A DNA stretch of 64,000 nt from Escherichia coli (GCF_003334405.1 NZ_QOWM01000011.1); one strand, 5' to 3'; shown: positions 34,496 to 47,654, counted from the stretch's first letter. Numbers and translations: made by a program. Notes: a model not told the origin generated them from the sequence alone.

Positions 34496-35716
34496 TTAAT
34501 TTTCCAGCAAATGCTGGAGCAAAATACCGTTGAGCATGGCGCGTTTTACCAGCGCAAAAGCGCCGATTGCCGAGCGGTGATCCAGCTCAGAACGTACCAC
34601 CGGCAGATTAGTGCGAAACGCCTTCAGCGCCTGGGTATTAATGCAGCTTTCAATAGCAGGGAGCAGCACTTTATCGGCTTCGGTGATTTCACCGGCAATA
34701 ACAATTTTTTGCGGATTAAATAAGTTGATAGCAATGGCGATGGTTTTACCCAGATGACGACCGACATACTCAATTACTTCCGACGCCAGACTATCGCCTT
34801 TGTTCGCGGCTTTGCAGATAGTTTTGATGGTGCAGTCGTCCAGCGGCACGCGGCTCTGGTAGCCCTGCTTTAACAGATTCAACACCCGTTGTTCAATGGC
34901 AGCGTTGGCAGCGATAGTTTCCAGGCAGCCAAAGTTGCCGCAGTGGCAGCGTTCACCCAGCGGTTCGACCTGAATATGGCCAATTTCACCGACGTTGCCG
35001 TTGCGGCCAATAAAAATGCGCCCGTTAGAGATAATCCCGGCCCCGGTTCCGCGATGGACACGCACCAGAATGGAGTCTTCGCAATCCTGACTTGCACCGA
35101 AGTAGTGCTCCGCCAGCGCCAGACTACGGATATCGTGACCAACGAAACAGGTCACTTTAAAACGTTCTTCCAGAGCTTCTACCAGCCCCCAGTTTTCTAC
35201 CTGAATATGCGGCATGTAATGAATTTTGCCGCTGTCCGGGTCAACAAGCCCTGGCAGGATCACCGAAATCGCGATCAGCTCGCGCAGTTTGCGCTGGTAG
35301 CTATCAATAAACTGAGCAATGGCATTCAACAGGGCATGTTCCAGCGTTTGCTGGGTACGTTCCGGCAGCGGGTAATGTTCTTCTGCCAGCACTTTGCTGC
35401 TGAGATCAAACAGAGTGATGGTGGCGTCATGACGACCAAGCCGTACGCCGATTGCGTGGAAATTGCGGGTTTCGGTGACGATGGAGATAGCGCGGCGGCC
35501 CCCGGTGGAGGCCTGCTGATCAACTTCTTTGATCAGCCCGCGTTCGATAAGCTGACGCGTAATTTTGGTTACGCTGGCGGGGGCAAGCTGGCTTTGCTCG
35601 GCAATCTGAATCCGCGAGATTGGCCCGTACTGGTCAATCAGGCGATAAACCGCCGCGCTGTTAAGCTGTTTTACGAGATCAACATTACCTATCTGAGCTT
35701 GTCCGCCTGGTGTCAT
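34496..35716 (-). CDS. nagC: N-acetylglucosamine repressor (ROK family)
   Basis: ORF track 406 aa; N-terminal HTH, ROK domain. Confidence 0.93.
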   Translation of the reverse strand: MTPGGQAQIGNVDLVKQLNSAAVYRLIDQYGPISRIQIAEQSQLAPASVTKITRQLIERGLIKEVDQQASTGGRRAISIVTETRNFHAIGVRLGRHDATITLFDLSSKVLAEEHYPLPERTQQTLEHALLNAIAQFIDSYQRKLRELIAISVILPGLVDPDSGKIHYMPHIQVENWGLVEALEERFKVTCFVGHDIRSLALAEHYFGASQDCEDSILVRVHRGTGAGIISNGRIFIGRNGNVGEIGHIQVEPLGERCHCGNFGCLETIAANAAIEQRVLNLLKQGYQSRVPLDDCTIKTICKAANKGDSLASEVIEYVGRHLGKTIAIAINLFNPQKIVIAGEITEADKVLLPAIESCINTQALKAFRTNLPVVRSELDHRSAIGAFALVKRAMLNGILLQHLLEN

Positions 35717-35724
35717 ACTTTCTC

Positions 35725-37733
<2,009 letters not shown>

Positions 37734-38065
37734 TATTCACCTCAATAAGTAAAATGTAAGCCGTTGGCGGATTAGGCATCTTTAAGCGTAACCTGGATTT
37801 GCGCAGACAGGCGTCAATCCGACCTGATTTTTTGAATGATAAAATAAGTTTTCTGGTTTAGCCAGTAAAAGGGAGTGATGATAACGATATTTGGTGACAA
37901 AACTCACAAAAGACACGCGTTTAATTTGCGATACGAATTAAATTTTCACACACTCTGTAGCAGATGATCTAACAATCTGATTACAGAACATCGGCAGTAC
38001 AATTTGCAGCAAAATAAAAATACGGCTTGAAACGAGCCAAATAGGGTTCTCGTAGGGGGAATAAG
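37734..38065. promoter_or_regulatory. Divergent nagB / nagE promoter-operator region
   Basis: 332-bp AT-rich spacer between divergently transcribed nagB and nagE; NagC operators and a CRP site are expected here from established knowledge but were not mapped base-by-base. Confidence 0.4.
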
Positions 38066-40012
38066 ATGAATATTTTAGGTTTTTTCCAGCGACTCGGTAG
38101 GGCGTTACAGCTCCCTATCGCGGTGCTGCCGGTGGCGGCACTGTTGCTGCGATTCGGTCAGCCAGATTTACTTAACGTTGCGTTTATTGCCCAGGCGGGC
38201 GGTGCGATTTTTGATAACCTCGCATTAATCTTCGCCATCGGTGTGGCATCCAGCTGGTCGAAAGACAGCGCTGGTGCGGCGGCGCTGGCGGGTGCGGTAG
38301 GTTACTTTGTGTTAACCAAAGCGATGGTGACCATCAACCCAGAAATTAACATGGGTGTACTGGCGGGTATCATTACCGGTCTGGTTGGTGGCGCAGCCTA
38401 TAACCGTTGGTCCGATATTAAACTGCCGGACTTCCTGAGCTTCTTCGGCGGCAAACGCTTTGTGCCGATTGCCACCGGATTCTTCTGCCTGGTGCTGGCG
38501 GCCATTTTTGGTTACGTCTGGCCGCCGGTACAGCACGCTATCCATGCAGGCGGCGAGTGGATCGTTTCTGCGGGCGCGCTGGGTTCCGGTATCTTTGGTT
38601 TCATCAACCGTCTGCTGATCCCAACCGGTCTGCATCAGGTACTGAACACCATCGCCTGGTTCCAGATTGGTGAATTCACCAACGCGGCGGGTACGGTTTT
38701 CCACGGTGACATTAACCGCTTCTATGCCGGTGACGGCACCGCGGGGATGTTCATGTCCGGCTTCTTCCCGATCATGATGTTCGGTCTGCCGGGTGCGGCG
38801 CTGGCGATGTACTTCGCAGCACCGAAAGAGCGTCGTCCGATGGTTGGCGGTATGCTGCTTTCTGTTGCTGTTACTGCGTTCCTGACCGGTGTGACTGAGC
38901 CGCTGGAATTCCTGTTCATGTTCCTTGCTCCGCTGCTGTACCTCCTGCACGCACTGCTGACCGGTATCAGCCTGTTTGTGGCAACGCTGCTGGGTATCCA
39001 CGCGGGCTTCTCTTTCTCTGCGGGGGCTATCGACTACGCGTTGATGTATAACCTGCCGGCCGCCAGCCAGAACGTCTGGATGCTGCTGGTGATGGGCGTT
39101 ATCTTCTTCGCTATCTACTTCGTGGTGTTCAGTTTGGTTATCCGCATGTTCAACCTGAAAACGCCGGGTCGTGAAGATAAAGAAGACGAGATCGTTACTG
39201 AAGAAGCCAACAGCAACACTGAAGAAGGTCTGACTCAACTGGCAACCAACTATATTGCTGCGGTTGGCGGCACTGACAACCTGAAAGCGATTGACGCCTG
39301 TATCACCCGTCTGCGCCTTACAGTGGCTGACTCTGCCCGCGTTAACGATACGATGTGTAAACGTCTGGGTGCTTCTGGGGTAGTGAAACTGAACAAACAG
39401 ACTATTCAGGTGATTGTTGGCGCGAAAGCAGAATCCATCGGCGATGCGATGAAGAAAGTCGTTGCCCGTGGTCCGGTAGCCGCTGCGTCAGCTGAAGCAA
39501 CTCCGGCAACTGCCGCGCCTGTAGCAAAACCGCAGGCTGTACCAAACGCGGTATCTATCGCGGAGCTGGTATCGCCGATTACCGGTGATGTCGTGGCACT
39601 GGATCAGGTTCCTGACGAAGCATTCGCCAGCAAAGCGGTGGGTGACGGTGTGGCGGTGAAACCGACAGATAAAATCGTCGTATCACCAGCCGCAGGGACA
39701 ATCGTGAAAATCTTCAACACCAACCACGCGTTCTGCCTGGAAACCGAAAAAGGCGCGGAGATCGTCGTCCATATGGGTATCGACACCGTAGCGCTGGAAG
39801 GTAAAGGCTTTAAACGTCTGGTGGAAGAGGGTGCGCAGGTAAGCGCAGGGCAACCGATTCTGGAAATGGATCTGGATTACCTGAACGCTAACGCCCGCTC
39901 GATGATTAGCCCGGTGGTTTGCAGCAATATCGACGATTTCAGTGGCTTGATCATTAAAGCTCAGGGCCATGTTGTGGCGGGTCAAACACCGCTGTATGAA
40001 ATCAAAAAGTAA
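38066..40012 (+). CDS. nagE: PTS N-acetylglucosamine-specific EIICBA component
   Basis: ORF track 648 aa; membrane EIIC followed by EIIB and EIIA domains. Confidence 0.93.
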   Translation: MNILGFFQRLGRALQLPIAVLPVAALLLRFGQPDLLNVAFIAQAGGAIFDNLALIFAIGVASSWSKDSAGAAALAGAVGYFVLTKAMVTINPEINMGVLAGIITGLVGGAAYNRWSDIKLPDFLSFFGGKRFVPIATGFFCLVLAAIFGYVWPPVQHAIHAGGEWIVSAGALGSGIFGFINRLLIPTGLHQVLNTIAWFQIGEFTNAAGTVFHGDINRFYAGDGTAGMFMSGFFPIMMFGLPGAALAMYFAAPKERRPMVGGMLLSVAVTAFLTGVTEPLEFLFMFLAPLLYLLHALLTGISLFVATLLGIHAGFSFSAGAIDYALMYNLPAASQNVWMLLVMGVIFFAIYFVVFSLVIRMFNLKTPGREDKEDEIVTEEANSNTEEGLTQLATNYIAAVGGTDNLKAIDACITRLRLTVADSARVNDTMCKRLGASGVVKLNKQTIQVIVGAKAESIGDAMKKVVARGPVAAASAEATPATAAPVAKPQAVPNAVSIAELVSPITGDVVALDQVPDEAFASKAVGDGVAVKPTDKIVVSPAAGTIVKIFNTNHAFCLETEKGAEIVVHMGIDTVALEGKGFKRLVEEGAQVSAGQPILEMDLDYLNANARSMISPVVCSNIDDFSGLIIKAQGHVVAGQTPLYEIKK

Positions 40013-40060
40013 TCTGCTTTATGCCTGATGCGACGCTTGAGCGTCGCATCCAACAATGAC

Positions 40061-40094
40061 AAGCGGTGGAGATCTTCTCTGCCGCTTTTTTTTT
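40061..40094 (+). terminator. Intrinsic terminator of nagE
   Basis: Hairpin agcgg...ccgct (40062-40086) followed by a T9 run; preceded by a REP-like palindrome at 40025-40050. Confidence 0.7.
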
Positions 40095-40214
40095 CATCAA
40101 TCATCCCCATAATCCTTGTTAGATTATCAATTTTAAAAAACTAACAGTTGTCAGCCTGTCCCGCTTATAAGATCATACGCCGTTATACGTTGTTTACGCT
40201 TTGAGGAATCCACG

Positions 40215-41879
40215 ATGAGTGAGGCAGAAGCCCGCCCGACTAACTTTATCCGTCAGATCATCGATGAAGATCTGGCCAGTGGTAAGCACACCACAGTACA
40301 CACCCGTTTCCCGCCGGAGCCGAATGGCTATCTGCATATTGGCCATGCGAAATCTATCTGCCTGAACTTCGGGATCGCCCAGGACTATAAAGGCCAGTGC
40401 AACCTGCGTTTCGACGACACTAACCCGGTAAAAGAAGATATCGAGTATGTTGAGTCGATCAAAAACGACGTAGAGTGGTTAGGTTTTCACTGGTCTGGTA
40501 ACGTCCGTTACTCCTCCGATTATTTTGATCAGCTCCACGCCTATGCGATCGAACTGATCAATAAAGGCCTGGCGTACGTTGATGAACTGACGCCGGAACA
40601 GATCCGCGAATACCGCGGCACCCTGACGCAACCGGGTAAAAACAGCCCGTACCGCGACCGCAGCGTTGAAGAGAACCTGGCGCTGTTCGAAAAAATGCGT
40701 GCCGGTGGTTTTGAAGAAGGTAAAGCCTGCCTGCGTGCGAAAATCGACATGGCTTCACCGTTTATCGTGATGCGCGATCCGGTGCTGTACCGTATTAAAT
40801 TTGCTGAACACCACCAGACTGGCAACAAGTGGTGCATCTACCCGATGTACGACTTCACCCACTGCATCAGCGATGCCCTGGAAGGTATTACGCACTCTCT
40901 GTGTACGCTTGAGTTCCAGGACAACCGTCGTCTGTACGACTGGGTACTGGACAACATCACGATTCCTGTTCACCCGCGCCAGTATGAGTTCTCGCGCCTG
41001 AATCTGGAATACACCGTGATGTCCAAGCGTAAGTTGAACCTGCTGGTGACCGACAAGCACGTTGAAGGCTGGGATGACCCGCGTATGCCGACCATTTCCG
41101 GTCTGCGTCGTCGTGGTTACACTGCGGCTTCTATTCGTGAGTTCTGCAAACGCATCGGCGTGACCAAGCAGGACAACACCATTGAGATGGCGTCGCTGGA
41201 ATCCTGCATCCGTGAAGATCTCAACGAAAATGCGCCGCGCGCAATGGCGGTTATCGATCCGGTGAAACTGGTTATCGAAAACTATCAGGGCGAAGGCGAA
41301 ATGGTTACCATGCCGAACCATCCGAACAAACCGGAAATGGGCAGCCGTCAGGTGCCGTTTAGCGGTGAGATTTGGATTGATCGCGCCGATTTCCGCGAAG
41401 AAGCTAACAAGCAGTACAAACGTCTGGTGCTGGGTAAAGAAGTGCGTCTGCGTAATGCTTATGTGATTAAGGCAGAACGCGTCGAGAAAGATGCCGAAGG
41501 TAATATCACCACCATCTTCTGTACTTATGACGCCGATACCTTAAGCAAAGATCCGGCAGATGGTCGTAAAGTCAAAGGTGTTATTCACTGGGTGAGCGCG
41601 GCACATGCGCTGCCGGTTGAAATCCGTTTGTATGACCGTCTGTTCAGCGTGCCTAACCCAGGTGCTGCGGATGATTTCCTGTCGGTGATTAACCCGGAAT
41701 CGCTGGTGATCAAACAGGGCTTTGCTGAACCGTCGCTGAAAGATGCGGTTGCGGGTAAAGCATTCCAGTTTGAGCGTGAAGGTTACTTCTGCCTCGATAG
41801 CCGCCATTCTACGGCGGAAAAACCGGTATTTAACCGCACCGTTGGGCTGCGTGATACCTGGGCGAAAGTAGGCGAGTAA
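40215..41879 (+). CDS. glnS: Glutaminyl-tRNA synthetase
   Basis: ORF track 554 aa; HIGH motif ([14 protein letters not shown]) and VMSKR. Confidence 0.95.
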
Positions 41880-41895
41880 TTTTAAGTTTCGCTAT

Positions 41896-42057
41896 GCCGG
41901 ATGGGGCGTTTACGTCGCATCCGGCAAGGAACAGACAAACAGTTTCAAACGCTAAATTGCCTGATGCGCTACGCTTATCAGGCCTACATGATCTCTGCAA
42001 TATATTGAGTTTGCGTGCTTTTGTAGGCCGGATAAGGCGTTCACGCCGCATCCGGCA
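41896..42057. repeat. Composite REP-spacer-REP element (BIME/RIP-like), copy 2, with an extra leading REP
   Basis: REP units at 41896-41926, 41958-41988 and 42023-42057; central part near-identical to the element at 49386-49484. Confidence 0.7.
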
Positions 42058-42437
42058 AGAAACAGCAAACAATCCAAAACGCCGCGTTCAGCGGCGTTTT
42101 TTCTGCTTTTCTTCGCGAATTAATTCCGCTTCGCAATTTATCCATAAAATAAATTTAAAATAACAAAACATAATTAAATAAAATGTAACCGCTTTCATCT
42201 TGCTGGAATTTCACGCTTTTATTCTTCTGCAAGCCTTTCAACCGCAAACTTAAGCCTTGTAACAAAAATCATCAAAATATGTGCGGTTGCTCATGTTCTT
42301 ACATTCTGGTTACAGAAAGAGATTGATAATTCGCGTCGCGAAAAATAGTCTGTTCCTGTAGTCAGCGAGACTTTTCTCAACGCTACTTTTTTAATTTTTA
42401 TTTTTTCGCTGTTCACCTTTGGTGCAGCAATTTATAC

Positions 42438-42449
42438 GTCAAAGAGGAT
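42438..42449 (+). promoter_or_regulatory. chiP ribosome-binding region overlapping the presumed ChiX sRNA pairing site
   Basis: cgtcaaagagga immediately 5' of the chiP ATG (42456); recalled to be complementary to the ChiX seed. Not verified by computation. Confidence 0.4.
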
Positions 42450-42455
42450 TAACCC

Positions 42456-43862
42456 ATGCGTACGTTTAGTGGCAAACGTAGTACGCTGGCGCTGGCTATC
42501 GCCGGTGTTACAGCAATGTCGGGCTTTATGGCAATGCCGGAGGCTCGCGCCGAAGGATTCATCGACGATTCAACCTTAACCGGCGGTATCTATTACTGGC
42601 AGCGTGAACGCGACCGTAAAGATGTTACCGACGGCGACAAATACAAAACCAACCTTTCTCACTCCACCTGGAATGCCAACCTCGATTTTCAGTCCGGTTA
42701 TGCTGCTGATATGTTCGGCCTTGATATTGCTGCGTTTACGGCGATTGAAATGGCGGAAAACGGCGACAGCTCCCACCCGAACGAAATCGCGTTTTCAAAA
42801 AGTAATAAAGCCTATGACGAAGACTGGTCCGGCGACAAAAGCGGTATAAGCCTGTATAAAGCTGCGGCCAAATTTAAAAACGGTCCGGTTTGGGCGAGGG
42901 CAGGTTACATTCAGCCAACTGGTCAAACGCTGTTAGCGCCGCACTGGAGCTTTATGCCAGGTACTTATCAGGGGGCGGAAGCCGGGGCGAATTTTGATTA
43001 CGGCGATGCTGGTGCGTTGAGTTTCTCCTACATGTGGACCAACGAATACAAAGCGCCGTGGCATCTGGAAATGGATGAGTTTTATCAGAACGATAAAACC
43101 ACCAAAGTTGATTATCTGCACTCCTTTGGGGCGAAATACGACTTCAAAAATAACTTCGTACTGGAAGCGGCATTTGGTCAGGCGGAAGGGTATATCGATC
43201 AATATTTTGCCAAAGCCAGCTACAAATTTGATATCGCCGGTAGCCCGTTAACCACCAGCTACCAGTTCTACGGTACCCGAGATAAAGTTGACGATCGCAG
43301 CGTCAACGACCTTTATGACGGCACCGCCTGGCTGCAAGCGTTGACCTTTGGTTACCGGGCGGCTGACGTAGTGGATTTGCGCCTCGAAGGCACCTGGGTT
43401 AAGGCTGACGGTCAGCAGGGATACTTCCTGCAACGTATGACTCCAACCTACGCTTCCTCAAACGGTCGCCTGGATATCTGGTGGGATAACCGTTCTGACT
43501 TCAACGCCAACGGCGAAAAAGCGGTCTTCTTCGGTGCGATGTATGACCTGAAAAACTGGAATCTTCCAGGCTTCGCCATCGGCGCTTCCTACGTTTACGC
43601 ATGGGATGCTAAACCTGCGACCTGGCAGAGCAATCCGGATGCGTACTACGACAAAAACCGGACTATTGAAGAGTCTGCCTACAGCCTGGATGCGGTCTAT
43701 ACCATTCAGGACGGTCGCGCCAAAGGCACGATGTTCAAACTGCATTTCACCGAATACGACAACCACTCCGACATCCCAAGCTGGGGCGGTGGTTACGGCA
43801 ACATCTTCCAGGATGAGCGTGACGTGAAATTTATGGTAATCGCACCATTCACCATCTTCTGA
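42456..43862 (+). CDS. chiP: Chitoporin (outer-membrane chitooligosaccharide porin)
   Basis: ORF track 468 aa; signal peptide and C-terminal aromatic residue (beta-barrel). Confidence 0.92.
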   Translation: MRTFSGKRSTLALAIAGVTAMSGFMAMPEARAEGFIDDSTLTGGIYYWQRERDRKDVTDGDKYKTNLSHSTWNANLDFQSGYAADMFGLDIAAFTAIEMAENGDSSHPNEIAFSKSNKAYDEDWSGDKSGISLYKAAAKFKNGPVWARAGYIQPTGQTLLAPHWSFMPGTYQGAEAGANFDYGDAGALSFSYMWTNEYKAPWHLEMDEFYQNDKTTKVDYLHSFGAKYDFKNNFVLEAAFGQAEGYIDQYFAKASYKFDIAGSPLTTSYQFYGTRDKVDDRSVNDLYDGTAWLQALTFGYRAADVVDLRLEGTWVKADGQQGYFLQRMTPTYASSNGRLDIWWDNRSDFNANGEKAVFFGAMYDLKNWNLPGFAIGASYVYAWDAKPATWQSNPDAYYDKNRTIEESAYSLDAVYTIQDGRAKGTMFKLHFTEYDNHSDIPSWGGGYGNIFQDERDVKFMVIAPFTIF

Positions 43863-43911
43863 TGCCCGACGCGGCAGGTTTTGTGCCTGCCGCACGTTTG
43901 AGGAATTTGCT

Positions 43912-44238
43912 ATGAAAAAACTGATTCTCATCGCCATAATGGCATCGGGGCTGGTAGCTTGTGCGCAATCAACCGCGCCACAGGAAGACAGTCGTCTGAA
44001 AGAGGCATACAGCGCCTGTATCAACACCGCACAAGGTTCGCCAGAAAAAATTGAAGCCTGCCAGAGCGTGTTAAACGTGCTGAAGAAAGAGAAACAACAT
44101 CAGCAGTTTGCCGACCAGGAAAGTTTACGCGTACTGGATTATCAGCAGTGTCTGCGTGCAACGCAAACCGGAAATGATCAGGCGGTGAAAGCCGATTGTG
44201 ATAAAGTCTGGCAGGAAATACGCAGTAATAACAAATAA
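43912..44238 (+). CDS. chiQ: Lipoprotein ChiQ
   Basis: ORF track 108 aa; lipobox LVAC. Confidence 0.9.
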   Translation: MKKLILIAIMASGLVACAQSTAPQEDSRLKEAYSACINTAQGSPEKIEACQSVLNVLKKEKQHQQFADQESLRVLDYQQCLRATQTGNDQAVKADCDKVWQEIRSNNK

Positions 44239-44276
44239 GTGAGAGCTGTAACTCTCGCTTTTCTTATTTCCCTTGC

Positions 44277-44308
44277 ATAAAAAAGCCAACCCGCAGGTTG
44301 GCTTTTCT
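44277..44308. terminator. Bidirectional intrinsic terminator between convergent chiQ and fur
   Basis: Stem gccaacc(44285-91)/ggttggc(44296-302) flanked by an A run and a T run; an additional hairpin gagag/ctctc lies at 44241-44256. Confidence 0.6.
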
Positions 44309-44321
44309 CGTTCAGGCTGGC

Positions 44322-44768
44322 TTATTTGCCTTCGTGCGCATGTTCATCTTCGCGGCAATCGCCTTCGGCACAGTGACCGTAAAGATAGAGACTGTGGTTA
44401 GTCAGGCGAATGCCATGTTTTGCGGCAATTTCACGCTGACGCGCTTCGATGGAATCATCACTAAATTCGATAACCTTGCCGCAGTCGAGGCAGATCAGGT
44501 GATCGTGGTGATGTTGCTGTGTCAGTTCAAATACGGATTTACCGCCTTCAAAATTGTGGCGGGTGACGATACCAGCGTCGTCAAACTGGTTCAGTACGCG
44601 ATATACCGTAGCCAGACCAATTTCTTCACCCATATCGATCAGACGTTTGTATAAATCTTCCGCACTGACGTGATGGTTGTCCGGCTCCTGAAGAACTTCC
44701 AGGATTTTTAAACGAGGAAGCGTTACTTTCAGGCCAGCTTTCTTTAGGGCGGTATTGTTATCAGTCAT
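44322..44768 (-). CDS. fur: Ferric uptake regulator
   Basis: ORF track 148 aa, recognised Fur sequence (HHHDHLICLDCGKVIEF). Confidence 0.96.
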   Translation of the reverse strand: MTDNNTALKKAGLKVTLPRLKILEVLQEPDNHHVSAEDLYKRLIDMGEEIGLATVYRVLNQFDDAGIVTRHNFEGGKSVFELTQQHHHDHLICLDCGKVIEFSDDSIEARQREIAAKHGIRLTNHSLYLYGHCAEGDCREDEHAHEGK

Positions 44769-44847
44769 GCGGAATCTGTCCTGTTACTAAGCGGTTCACT
44801 TCATTAGAAGAAGTGACAGAATTTGCTCTTGAGATAATGCGTATCAT
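44761..44847 (-). CDS. uof: Upstream-of-fur leader peptide (28 aa)
   Basis: Last 28 codons of ORF 44761..44997 read MIRIISRANSVTSSNEVNRLVTGQIPHD; overlaps the fur start by 8 nt. Confidence 0.7.
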   Translation of the reverse strand: MIRIISRANSVTSSNEVNRLVTGQIPHD

Positions 44848-44851
44848 TATA
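44833..44851 (-). promoter_or_regulatory. Fur box-like palindrome in the fur/uof promoter (autoregulation)
   Basis: gataatgcgtatcattata resembles the Fur box consensus GATAATGATAATCATTATC. Confidence 0.5.
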
Positions 44852-45056
44852 GAATTGCCACGCCTAAATGAAAACCACAAGTCCCTGGCAAATATTGTTA
44901 ATAAAAACGTGGCACAGCTTACATTTACAACGGCAAGGCCACTTGAACACCGGGACATTGTACAGGTACAACAGCAAAAGTTACAAATTTGTAGCAATTA
45001 TTTTGATTGGCATTATCTATTAATACGGCGTAGACATGAGTCTACGCCGCATCACA

Positions 45057-45587
45057 TCAGGCATTGAGAATTTCGTCGAGATGCAACTCTTCAGAAATCT
45101 GTTTAACCCATTTTTCTACACGTTCAGCGGTCAGTTCCGGCTGACGGTCTTCGTCGATAGCCAGACCGACAAAGTGGTCGTCATCTGCCAGACCTTTTGA
45201 TGCTTCGAAATGATAGCCCGCAGTTGGCCAGTGACCAACGATGGTTGCACCGCGCGGTTCAATGATGTCGCGGATGGTGCCCAATGCGTCGCAGAAATAT
45301 TCGGCGTAATCTTCCTGGTCACCACAACCAAACAGCGCAACCAGTTTGCCGTTGAAATCAATCTCTTCGAGAGTCGGGAAGAAGTCATCCCAGTCACACT
45401 GCGCTTCGCCGTAATACCAGGTTGGGATGCCCAGCAGCAGAATGTCATAAGCTTCCAGATCTTCTTTGCTGCTTTTTGCAATGTCATGGACATCGGCAAC
45501 GTCTTTACCAAGCTGTTTTTGAATCATTTTTGCGATATTTTCGGTATTACCGGTGTCGCTGCCGAAAAAGATGCCAGTGATAGCCAT
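45057..45587 (-). CDS. fldA: Flavodoxin 1
   Basis: ORF track 45057..45704; start placed at internal Met ([16 protein letters not shown]) giving 176 aa. Confidence 0.93.
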
Positions 45588-45726
45588 GAGTGAAATAACC
45601 TCTTGAAACTTATTGAAATGGGGGTGGAAAATTGCCCACGGATAAAGGCAATCATAGCAGAACAGGCAGTCTTGCGGAATCAGCAAACGAGCAGGACTGC
45701 ACACTGTGCTACATGAAAGTGGAAAT

Positions 45727-46020
45727 TTAAACGATGCCCTGACTACGCAGCGCCGCCAGTTGCTGCATTAACATCTCTTCGATCAGTTCGCTACGGCTCA
45801 TATTGCGCGACTCCGCCAGCTCGTTCAGCGCCTCGACAGCTTCCGCGTTCAGCTTCAGTTCGACACGCTTAAGGCCACGTACTTTGTCGCGTTTTAGCTG
45901 GTTGCGTTTATTAATACGCAGCTGTTCATCGCGCGAAAGCGGATTAGTTTTCGGTCGTCCCGGTCGACGCTCGTGCGCGAACAGATCTAATGTCGTACGG
46001 TCCGTTTGTTCTTTGGCCAT
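45727..46020 (-). CDS. ybfE: YbfE, small ribbon-helix-helix-like protein (recalled as LexA-regulated)
   Basis: ORF track 45727..46089; start placed at [14 protein letters not shown] (97 aa); C-terminal region resembles a CopG/RHH fold. Confidence 0.8.
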   Translation of the reverse strand: MAKEQTDRTTLDLFAHERRPGRPKTNPLSRDEQLRINKRNQLKRDKVRGLKRVELKLNAEAVEALNELAESRNMSRSELIEEMLMQQLAALRSQGIV

Positions 46021-46159
46021 GATCTTGGTGACTTCGGGGGAAACAATCAGCCAGGCCTCTGCCCGGATGGATAGCGCGCCATAATACATCAGCGCGATGA
46101 GTCACGCCAACGCCCACGCGCGGAAAGCGACGCGGACGCTGGGTTTTTAATCAGTTGCG

Positions 46160-46924
46160 TTAATCATTGAGATAGCGACGGATAGCGCGTAATACCGCAT
46201 CCGGTTTTTCAGCATGGACCCAGTGACCCGCGCCTGCAATCACATGCGCCCGTGCCTGTGGAAATTGAGCCAGTAAATCATCACGGTACTGCTCGCTAAC
46301 ATACGGAGAATTGCCGCCAGGGATAAACAGGGCAGGGTGATCCCATGCCGGGATTTTCTCCCAACCTACAATATGCGGATACTGATCCCACAATACCGGC
46401 ACGTTAAAGCGCCACTCCCCGTCAACAAAAGATTTCAGCAGAAACTGAATCACCCCTTCTTCATTAAGATGCTGGCGCATTATTGCTGCTGCTTGCTGGC
46501 GAGTTTGTGCGTCCGATTCACTGACCGCGTTGATAGCCGCAAAAATCTCATCATGACGGCGTACGTGATAGTCGACCGGCGCGATATCGATCGCCACCAG
46601 TTTATCGATGCGATCGGAGGCTAGTGCAGTAAGTGCCATTACCGCTTTACCGCCCATGGAGTGACCGATAAATGTTGCTTTGTCGATCTGCTGTGCATCC
46701 AGAGTATCAACAAGATCCTGCGCCATCGCCGGGTAATTCATTACCGGATCTCTCGGTGAAAGACCGTGGTTACGCATATCAACCTGGATGATATTGTGAT
46801 CGTTTACCAGATCGCGAGCCAGTACGCCAAGGTTGTCGAGGCTGCCAAACAGACCGTGGACAAGAACGATGGGAGAATTATTGTGCTGGTTTTGTGCAGT
46901 TTGCGCGCGGATATTCAATTTCAT
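46160..46924 (-). CDS. ybfF: Alpha/beta-hydrolase esterase YbfF
   Basis: ORF track 254 aa; GHSMGG nucleophile elbow. Confidence 0.92.
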   Translation of the reverse strand: MKLNIRAQTAQNQHNNSPIVLVHGLFGSLDNLGVLARDLVNDHNIIQVDMRNHGLSPRDPVMNYPAMAQDLVDTLDAQQIDKATFIGHSMGGKAVMALTALASDRIDKLVAIDIAPVDYHVRRHDEIFAAINAVSESDAQTRQQAAAIMRQHLNEEGVIQFLLKSFVDGEWRFNVPVLWDQYPHIVGWEKIPAWDHPALFIPGGNSPYVSEQYRDDLLAQFPQARAHVIAGAGHWVHAEKPDAVLRAIRRYLND

Positions 46925-47108
46925 GGCAAAGTTCTTTTTTTCGCGTTGTCGGGTTAGGGTATTATGTTGACCATTGTGCCACAGGGCTGCAACAAATAAG
47001 GTTTATTCCGAGTTTTTCTGCAAGCCAGGCTTGACGCTATCCGCTGCCGGGATTTATTCATATACTCCTGGCGACTTGTATTCAGCTAAGACACTGCACT
47101 GGATTAAG

Positions 47109-47654
47109 ATGAAAACGATTGAAGTTGATGATGAACTCTACAGCTATATTGCCAGCCACACTAAGCATATCGGCGAGAGCGCATCCGACATTTTACGGCG
47201 TATGTTGAAATTTTCCGCCGCATCACAGCCTGCTGCTCCGGTGACGAAAGAGGTTCGCGTTGCGTCACCTGCTATCGTCGAAGCGAAGCCGGTCAAAACG
47301 ATTAAAGACAAGGTTCGCGCAATGCGTGAACTTCTGCTTTCGGATGAATACGCAGAGCAAAAGCGAGCGGTCAATCGCTTTATGCTGCTGTTGTCTACAC
47401 TATATTCTCTTGACGCCCAGGCGTTTGCCGAAGCAACGGAATCGTTGCACGGTCGTACACGCGTTTACTTTGCGGCAGATGAACAAACGCTGCTGAAAAA
47501 TGGTAATCAGACCAAGCCGAAACATGTGCCAGGCACGCCGTATTGGGTGATCACCAACACCAACACCGGCCGTAAATGCAGCATGATCGAACACATCATG
47601 CAGTCGATGCAATTCCCGGCGGAATTGATTGAGAAGGTTTGCGGAACTATCTAA
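47109..47654 (+). CDS. seqA: Negative modulator of replication initiation SeqA
   Basis: ORF track 46974..47654; start placed at internal Met ([17 protein letters not shown]) giving 181 aa. Confidence 0.93.

Noticed and set aside
38312-39238. Minus-strand 308-aa ORF antisense to nagE
   Set aside because: Embedded in nagE; highly charged, low-complexity translation.
46021-46160. LexA box upstream of ybfE
   Set aside because: Searched by eye for CTG-N10-CAG with an AT-rich centre and found none; not reported as a feature.
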